This document shows positions 58,972-64,000 of a stretch of 64,000 bases of DNA, piece after piece. Positions within the stretch are counted from its first letter, which is position 1; each line of letters begins with the position of its first letter. The stretch is from IMG/VR virus record IMGVR_UViG_2909262264_000005, one strand, 5' to 3'. The notes under the pieces were generated by a model. That model was not told where the DNA came from. It worked only from the letters and a program-made list of their open reading frames with translations, and did not search any database. The translations under genes and the position numbers were made by a program. Source of the DNA: a virus. Its lineage: Duplodnaviria; Heunggongvirae; Uroviricota; Caudoviricetes.

Positions 58972-59572
58972 GTATCCAAAAGAAACATGAGGCAGGCAAG
59001 ATTCAAACAAAATTTGGTTGTAACACGGCGTATGGCACATGCGTCGTTAGCGGTCTGGGGACGTTAAAGGGGACAATCCACTTCTTGCTCGGGCAAACAA
59101 ACCAGGTAGCCGGAATGTGCAAGTCAATGATGATGCAGATAAGACGCCTAACCAGCGTGGCGATTCGGTTTGACGCCTGGGAAGAGACCAGGGTGCAACG
59201 ATGAGGGCATTTATGGAGCCGCGACAAAGTGTGGTGCCGTAACTGGCTAAGTGCTCTCAGCGTTGTGGTAATCCGCGAAATGGCGCGGCGGTAAGTATGG
59301 CGGGGTTACTCTTTCCCCGTTGAGGACACCGGATTGTCAGGTTGACCATACGCCTGAGTGACAACCCCACCACAACAGCCACTGCTTTGGCGGTACCAGT
59401 TTGTACCCTTGCTTCCGGCTGGTACCGCTCTTTTTACAAAACAGAGAAGAGCATCACCGGACGACGGGCTCATAACCCAATCCATCCGGGCGGCTGCCAC
59501 CGCAGGTGTTCTTCTCCGTTTTGTGGAGAAACCAACCGACCTTGCAGGGTCGATATGATGAGGAGCAGCAAA

Positions 59573-59935
59573 ATGGCTAGCGAACGCAGTACTGATGTGC
59601 AGGCATTTATTGGGGAGCTGGACGGCGGCGTATTTGAAACCAAAATCGGCGCAGTTCTCAGTGAAGTCGCTTCCGGTGTGATGAACACGAAAACCAAAGG
59701 TAAGGTCTCGCTCAACCTGGAAATCGAACCGTTTGATGAGAATCGTGTGAAAATCAAACACAAACTCTCGTATGTTCGCCCGACTAACCGCGGGAAAATT
59801 TCCGAAGAAGACACCACCGAAACGCCGATGTATGTCAATCGCGGTGGTCGCCTGACTATTCTGCAGGAAGACCAGGGACAATTACTGACTCTTGCTGGTG
59901 AACCTGACGGAAAACTCCGCGCAGCAGGTCATTAA
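59573..59935 (+). CDS. Hypothetical protein (120 aa; YfdP-like position)
   Basis: Start MASERSTDVQ with RBS GAGGAG 7 nt upstream. Confidence 0.5.
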   Translation: MASERSTDVQAFIGELDGGVFETKIGAVLSEVASGVMNTKTKGKVSLNLEIEPFDENRVKIKHKLSYVRPTNRGKISEEDTTETPMYVNRGGRLTILQEDQGQLLTLAGEPDGKLRAAGH

Positions 59936-60000
59936 TATCGTTCTTAATTAACTGATTATTTATCTCATCACTGAATATCTTTATATAGTGAGGACTTATT

Positions 60001-60825
60001 ATGTCTCAGAACTTAGACGCAACCGCAATTAATCAAATCCATGCCCTTATTTCTGCTCAGGGTGTTAATGAAATTATCAGTAAGATTGGTGCCGATGCTG
60101 TGGCATTGCCTGAGAATTTCCGCATTCATGATCTGGAAAAATTTAATTTAAATCGCTTCCGTTTCCGTGGTGCGCTTTCCACTGCCAGCATCGATGACTT
60201 TACCCGTTATTCTAAAGATCTTGCAGATGAAGGCACCCGCTGCTTTATCGATGCTGATAATATGCGTGCCGTCAGTGTGCTTAACCTGGGTACTATTGAT
60301 GAACCAGGTCACGCAGATAACACCGCCACTCTCAAACTGAAAAAGACAGCACCGTTCTCTGCTCTGTTGTCTGTTAATGGCGAGCGTAACTCCCAGAAAT
60401 CACTGGCAGAATGGATTGAAGACTGGGCCGACTACCTTGTGGGCTTTGATGCTAATGGTGACACCATTCAGGCAACAAAAGCGGCTGCGGCGGTCCGTAA
60501 AATCACGATTGAAGCAAACCAGACCGCTGATTTTGAAGATAATGACTTCAGCGGCAAACGCTCCCTGATGGAGTCTGTCGAAGCGAAGACTAAAGACATT
60601 ATGCCAGTGGCATTTGAATTTAAATGCGTTCCGTTTGAAGGCCTTAAAGAACGTCCGTTTAAATTACGCCTCAGCATTATCACTGGCGATCGTCCTGTAC
60701 TGGTTCTGCGCATTATTCAGCTGGAAGCGGTGCAGGAAGAAATGGCTAACGAATTTCGTGATCTGCTTGTTGAGAAATTTAAAGACAGCAAAGTAGAAAC
60801 CTTTATTGGTACTTTCACCGCCTGA
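60001..60825 (+). CDS. Hypothetical protein (274 aa; YfdQ-like)
   Basis: Same length and gene order as yfdQ of E. coli CPS-53 as I recall it; no motif assigned. Confidence 0.55.
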   Translation: MSQNLDATAINQIHALISAQGVNEIISKIGADAVALPENFRIHDLEKFNLNRFRFRGALSTASIDDFTRYSKDLADEGTRCFIDADNMRAVSVLNLGTIDEPGHADNTATLKLKKTAPFSALLSVNGERNSQKSLAEWIEDWADYLVGFDANGDTIQATKAAAAVRKITIEANQTADFEDNDFSGKRSLMESVEAKTKDIMPVAFEFKCVPFEGLKERPFKLRLSIITGDRPVLVLRIIQLEAVQEEMANEFRDLLVEKFKDSKVETFIGTFTA

Positions 60826-60952
60826 TTTCATTACTGCAAATGCCCCTGCGGGGGCATTTATGGAAACATAATTTACTCAATAATCGCCGGATGGTGATGG
60901 CTTCCTTTTACCAGAATTCAGCACGGTGCAGCGCATATACGTGGAGAACAAA

Positions 60953-61489
60953 ATGTCATTTATTAAAACTTTTTCCGGGAAGCATTTTTATTATGACAGG
61001 ATAAATAAAGACGACATCGATATTAACGATATCGCGGTTTCCCTTTCAAATATCTGTCGCTTTGCCGGTCATCTTTCGCACTTCTACAGCGTCGCCCAAC
61101 ATGCGGTTCTTTGCAGCCAGCTGGTGCCGCAGGAATTTGCTTTTGAAGCGTTAATGCATGATGCAACAGAAGCGTATTGCCAGGACATCCCCGCACCACT
61201 GAAACGACTTCTTCCTGACTATAAACGGATGGAAGAAAAAATAGACGCCGTAATCCGTGAGAAATACGGGTTACCTCCTGTTATGAGCACGCCAGTGAAA
61301 TATGCCGATCTCATCATGCTGGCAACCGAACGCCGCGATCTCGGGCTTGATGATGGCTCTTTCTGGCCTGTGCTGGAAGGTATCCCGGCAACAGAGATGT
61401 TCAACGTGATTCCACTGGCTCCAGGCCATGCCTACGGGATGTTTATGGAACGCTTTAACGAATTATCGGAGTTACGCAAATGCGCATGA
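60953..61489 (+). CDS. HD-domain phosphohydrolase (YfdR-like 5'-deoxynucleotidase family)
   Basis: Start MSFIKTFSGKHFYY; HD motif …SVAQHAVLCS…LMHDATEAY…. Confidence 0.7.
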   Translation: MSFIKTFSGKHFYYDRINKDDIDINDIAVSLSNICRFAGHLSHFYSVAQHAVLCSQLVPQEFAFEALMHDATEAYCQDIPAPLKRLLPDYKRMEEKIDAVIREKYGLPPVMSTPVKYADLIMLATERRDLGLDDGSFWPVLEGIPATEMFNVIPLAPGHAYGMFMERFNELSELRKCA

Positions 61490-61842
61490 GTGTTTTCGAA
61501 ATGGAAGGGTTTCTTCGCGGGAAATGTGTACCGCGAGATCTGAAAGTGAACGAAACAAATGCTGAGTACCTGGTACGTAAATTCGACGCGCTTGAAGCTA
61601 AATGTGCGGCACTGGAAAGCAAAATAATACCAGTGTCAGCTGAACTGCCACCAGCAAATGAAAGTGTTCTGTTATTTGATGCTAACGGAGAAGGCTGGCT
61701 GATTGGCTGGCGTTCTCTCTGGTACACCTGGGGACAAAAAGAAACCGGAGAATGGCAGTGGACATTTCAGGTCGGGGACCTTGAAAACGTCAATATCACT
61801 CACTGGGCAGTAATGCCGAAAGCACCAGAGACTAAGAAATGA
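61480..61842 (+). CDS. Hypothetical protein (120 aa; YfdS-like position)
   Basis: Overlaps upstream gene by 10 nt. Confidence 0.5.
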   Translation: MRMSVFEMEGFLRGKCVPRDLKVNETNAEYLVRKFDALEAKCAALESKIIPVSAELPPANESVLLFDANGEGWLIGWRSLWYTWGQKETGEWQWTFQVGDLENVNITHWAVMPKAPETKK

Positions 61843-62054
61843 GCGTGATAAAAACTCATACAGGAATTGTTATCACCCGAGACGGTGAAAAGCGGATGAA
61901 ATTACATTCCACTGAAACGTCCTGGGTTGCCGGACGTTGTGAATCCTACGACAAAAAGACTGGTTACCGTTGGGGGGCACCTAACATGCGTCGCCGTCTG
62001 CTACTGGACAGCATCAGGCCAATAAAACAGGTAGCAACCAGGGAACAAAATTAA
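61839..62054 (+). CDS. Hypothetical protein (71 aa)
   Basis: ATGA overlap with upstream gene. Confidence 0.45.
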   Translation: MSVIKTHTGIVITRDGEKRMKLHSTETSWVAGRCESYDKKTGYRWGAPNMRRRLLLDSIRPIKQVATREQN

Positions 62055-62113
62055 TTATCAGGACTGGAATTTGATATTACTGCCCGTGTGCAGCGGGCTA
62101 AGTGGAGAAACAT

Positions 62114-62320
62114 ATGCTGAACCTCGATTGTGTTCCAATCTCAACTTATTGCAAAGAAACTGGCGAAACTCCTGAAGCAATAAACAAACGTGTACAGCGC
62201 GGTGTTTGGCGTGAAGGTGTTCAGGTTTTAAAGGTTGAAGGCGTTAAGGAGAGGTGGATTGATCTTAGTGAGGTTGCAAAATGGGCCAGACAAAACTGCT
62301 CAAACTACCGCGCGGCGTAA
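62114..62320 (+). CDS. xis: Excisionase (Xis-like)
   Basis: MLNLDCVPISTYCKETGETPEAINKRVQRGVWREGVQVLKVEGVKERWIDL…; RBS GGAG; 3' end overlaps integrase start. Confidence 0.65.
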   Translation: MLNLDCVPISTYCKETGETPEAINKRVQRGVWREGVQVLKVEGVKERWIDLSEVAKWARQNCSNYRAA

Positions 62321-63456
62321 CAATCAGGAAACACCGCCAGGGCGAAACGATCAATATAACTTTCACCTACAAAGGAGTTAAATGTCGTGAGCCTCTTTCC
62401 AATCTGGAAGTAATACCAAAGAACATAAAATACGCCGAGCGCACACTCGGCGAAATTCATAATAAGATCGAAAGGGGAACATTCATTTATGCGGAATATT
62501 TTCCCCGTTCTGCTCGTTTGAAAATTTTTGGTAATGCTGCTGCAGGCAAAACGGTAAAAATGTACCTGGACGAATACCTTGAAATCTGCGAAACGAGAAA
62601 ACTTTCACCCTCTACGATTGGTGGTTATAAAAAATGCCGTAGTGCGTTAGCCTCACTCCACATTTGCCCTGCAAGTGAATTAACACCAGCAATCCTGAAA
62701 GCGTGGATTCAAAGCCAGAAAACGACCTTAAAAACAATTCGCAACCAGTTATCTTTCCTGCGGTCAGCACTTGATGAAGCCGTAACCGATGGGGTACTTC
62801 AAATTAACCCCGTATCGTTGGTAACTGCTTCGCGCTACCAAAGTGATAAGTCAGAAGCAGAAAGCAGCTACGTGGTTGATCCGCTATCACCAGCAGAAGT
62901 TGATGCATTACTAGCAGCAGCCGGAAACAAACAATGGGAAAATCTGTTCCGGTTCGCTATACATACAGGCCTGCGTAGTTCTGAATTATGTGCCCTTCGA
63001 TGGCGTGATATCGACTTTGTTGGAAAAACTGCCCATGTCCAGAGCGCAAGTGTTGTCGGTGTTATCAAAGGAACAAAGACAAAAGCCGGTACTCGTAAAG
63101 TTGAACTGACAGAAGAGGCAATGTTGGCGCTGATAAATCAGAAGCCATTTACATTCATGAAGGATGCTACTGTCTTTGAAGATCCAAAGACAAACAAACC
63201 GTGGGCCAGCGCCGATGCGATAAGGAAAAAAGCGTGGATACCAACCTTACGTAAAGCAGGTATCCGGTACCGTAACCCATATCAGACCAGGCATACATTC
63301 GCCACCAGCCATATCAGCCGTGGTGCGAACCTGTTCTGGCTTGCAGGCCAGATGGGCCATAAGGGACCAGAAATGCTATTTCGTCACTATGGCAGTTACC
63401 TTGCTGCATATGACGGACATACCGCTAAAAATACTAATGATACAAAACAGGCTTGA
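62281..63456 (+). CDS. int: Tyrosine integrase
   Basis: 391 aa; ~70% identical to the integrase at 14964-16136 with a divergent N-terminal domain and C-terminal tail. Confidence 0.9.
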   Translation: MGQTKLLKLPRGVTIRKHRQGETINITFTYKGVKCREPLSNLEVIPKNIKYAERTLGEIHNKIERGTFIYAEYFPRSARLKIFGNAAAGKTVKMYLDEYLEICETRKLSPSTIGGYKKCRSALASLHICPASELTPAILKAWIQSQKTTLKTIRNQLSFLRSALDEAVTDGVLQINPVSLVTASRYQSDKSEAESSYVVDPLSPAEVDALLAAAGNKQWENLFRFAIHTGLRSSELCALRWRDIDFVGKTAHVQSASVVGVIKGTKTKAGTRKVELTEEAMLALINQKPFTFMKDATVFEDPKTNKPWASADAIRKKAWIPTLRKAGIRYRNPYQTRHTFATSHISRGANLFWLAGQMGHKGPEMLFRHYGSYLAAYDGHTAKNTNDTKQA

Positions 63457-63751
63457 TGCTGCCCGAACAAATAGCCACTGAAACCTGATAAAAAGTTATT
63501 TGTGATGTGGTTATGTTCGTCATATCCACATCATACATACTTAAACATAAGGCACTTTTTACCTTGCAAAAATTCGAACCAAGTATATATGTTATAGGTG
63601 AACTTGGTACTCAGGCAGCTGTCCTAGTACTAGGAACACGCGGGAAATCTTGGAGCCAGTACGTAGATTATGGTAAAATCCCGCGCCCCGTTCTGCGGGG
63701 AGCAATAAATGCCTCAAAAGGATACATTGGGGGGACTGAAAGGAGGTCTTT

Positions 63752-64000
63752 ATGTCAGAACTAGTCATGAAGATGTTTGGGCTGAATGATTTGGTCAAAG
63801 GCGGACAAGCCATGGCCGATCGTTTGAACAAATCTGGTGTTAAAAACATCAAGGTCGTAGGGCGTGGTGCAGTTATTGTAGACCCATCTACTGACCCAGA
63901 AAAAATCACTCAGCTTAGGAAAGCAGCTAGAAAATTCGTCGAGCAGGATGCAAAAGCTGTTGCAGCCGCTAAAGCTAACTCAATGGACAATGACGACTAA
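63752..64000 (+). CDS. Hypothetical protein (82 aa)
   Basis: Excellent RBS GAAAGGAGG; complete ORF ending at the last window base; could be phage or host. Confidence 0.5.
   Translation: MSELVMKMFGLNDLVKGGQAMADRLNKSGVKNIKVVGRGAVIVDPSTDPEKITQLRKAARKFVEQDAKAVAAAKANSMDNDD

Larger units (their letters stand above)
20456..63456. mobile_element. Lambdoid prophage B (tfa through int; outer boundaries and att not resolved)
   Basis: Complete lambda-like late, lysis, replication, immunity and integration modules in collinear order on one axis. Confidence 0.8.

Noticed and set aside
59306-59881. 191-aa minus-strand ORF and + strand N-terminal extension of the 120-aa gene (59342-59572)
   Set aside because: Antisense to or upstream of the well-supported start at 59573 (strong RBS); GC-rich region with no RBS for either; kept only as part of the non-coding-leader finding.
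63457-63751. att site of prophage B after its integrase
   Set aside because: No copy of the ssrA-type core and no convincing repeat shared with 16296-16530 or 19207-19612 was found by eye; left unresolved rather than called.

Overview
Nearly the whole window is prophage DNA from an Escherichia/Shigella-like chromosome, read from the sequence and six-frame track only (no searches run; family names are from motif recognition and memory). Layout: (1) 1-1129, the right part of an IS21-family element (istA 3' end + istB) that truncates a late-operon DNA methyltransferase gene. (2) 1130-16295, the right portion of lambdoid prophage A: NmpC-like porin cargo, antiterminator Q, DnaB/DnaC-like replication genes, O-like initiator with internal iterons, Rha, divergent cro/cI immunity region, early-left accessory genes including a small-membrane-protein + SPFH lipoprotein pair, xis-int, ending at a 27-nt duplicate of the tmRNA (ssrA) 3' end. 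(3) 16296-20450, an islet with an EcoRII-like restriction-modification pair and a GIY-YIG protein. (4) 20456-63456, a second almost complete lambdoid prophage B in the same orientation: tfa-stf-lom-J-I-K-L-M-H-T/G-V-U-Z, ClpP-capsid fusion, portal, terminase, candidate cos, Rz/Rz1, SAR endolysin, pinholin, DPPY methyltransferase, a Q gene split by a complete IS21-family element (6-bp target duplication), nin-like genes (DUF968-like, Roi/KilA-N, RusA, NPPY methyltransferase), second O-like gene with iterons, cro/cI, yfdPQRS-like block, xis-int. The most interesting locus is an AT-rich two-gene cassette at 47310-48771 (308-aa soluble protein translationally coupled to a 182-aa four-helix membrane protein). 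It sits in exactly the cargo slot that holds the porin in prophage A, has RexA/RexB-like architecture, and I cannot assign it to a described family: it is a candidate abortive-infection or exclusion module. No rRNA, complete tRNA or CRISPR array was seen.
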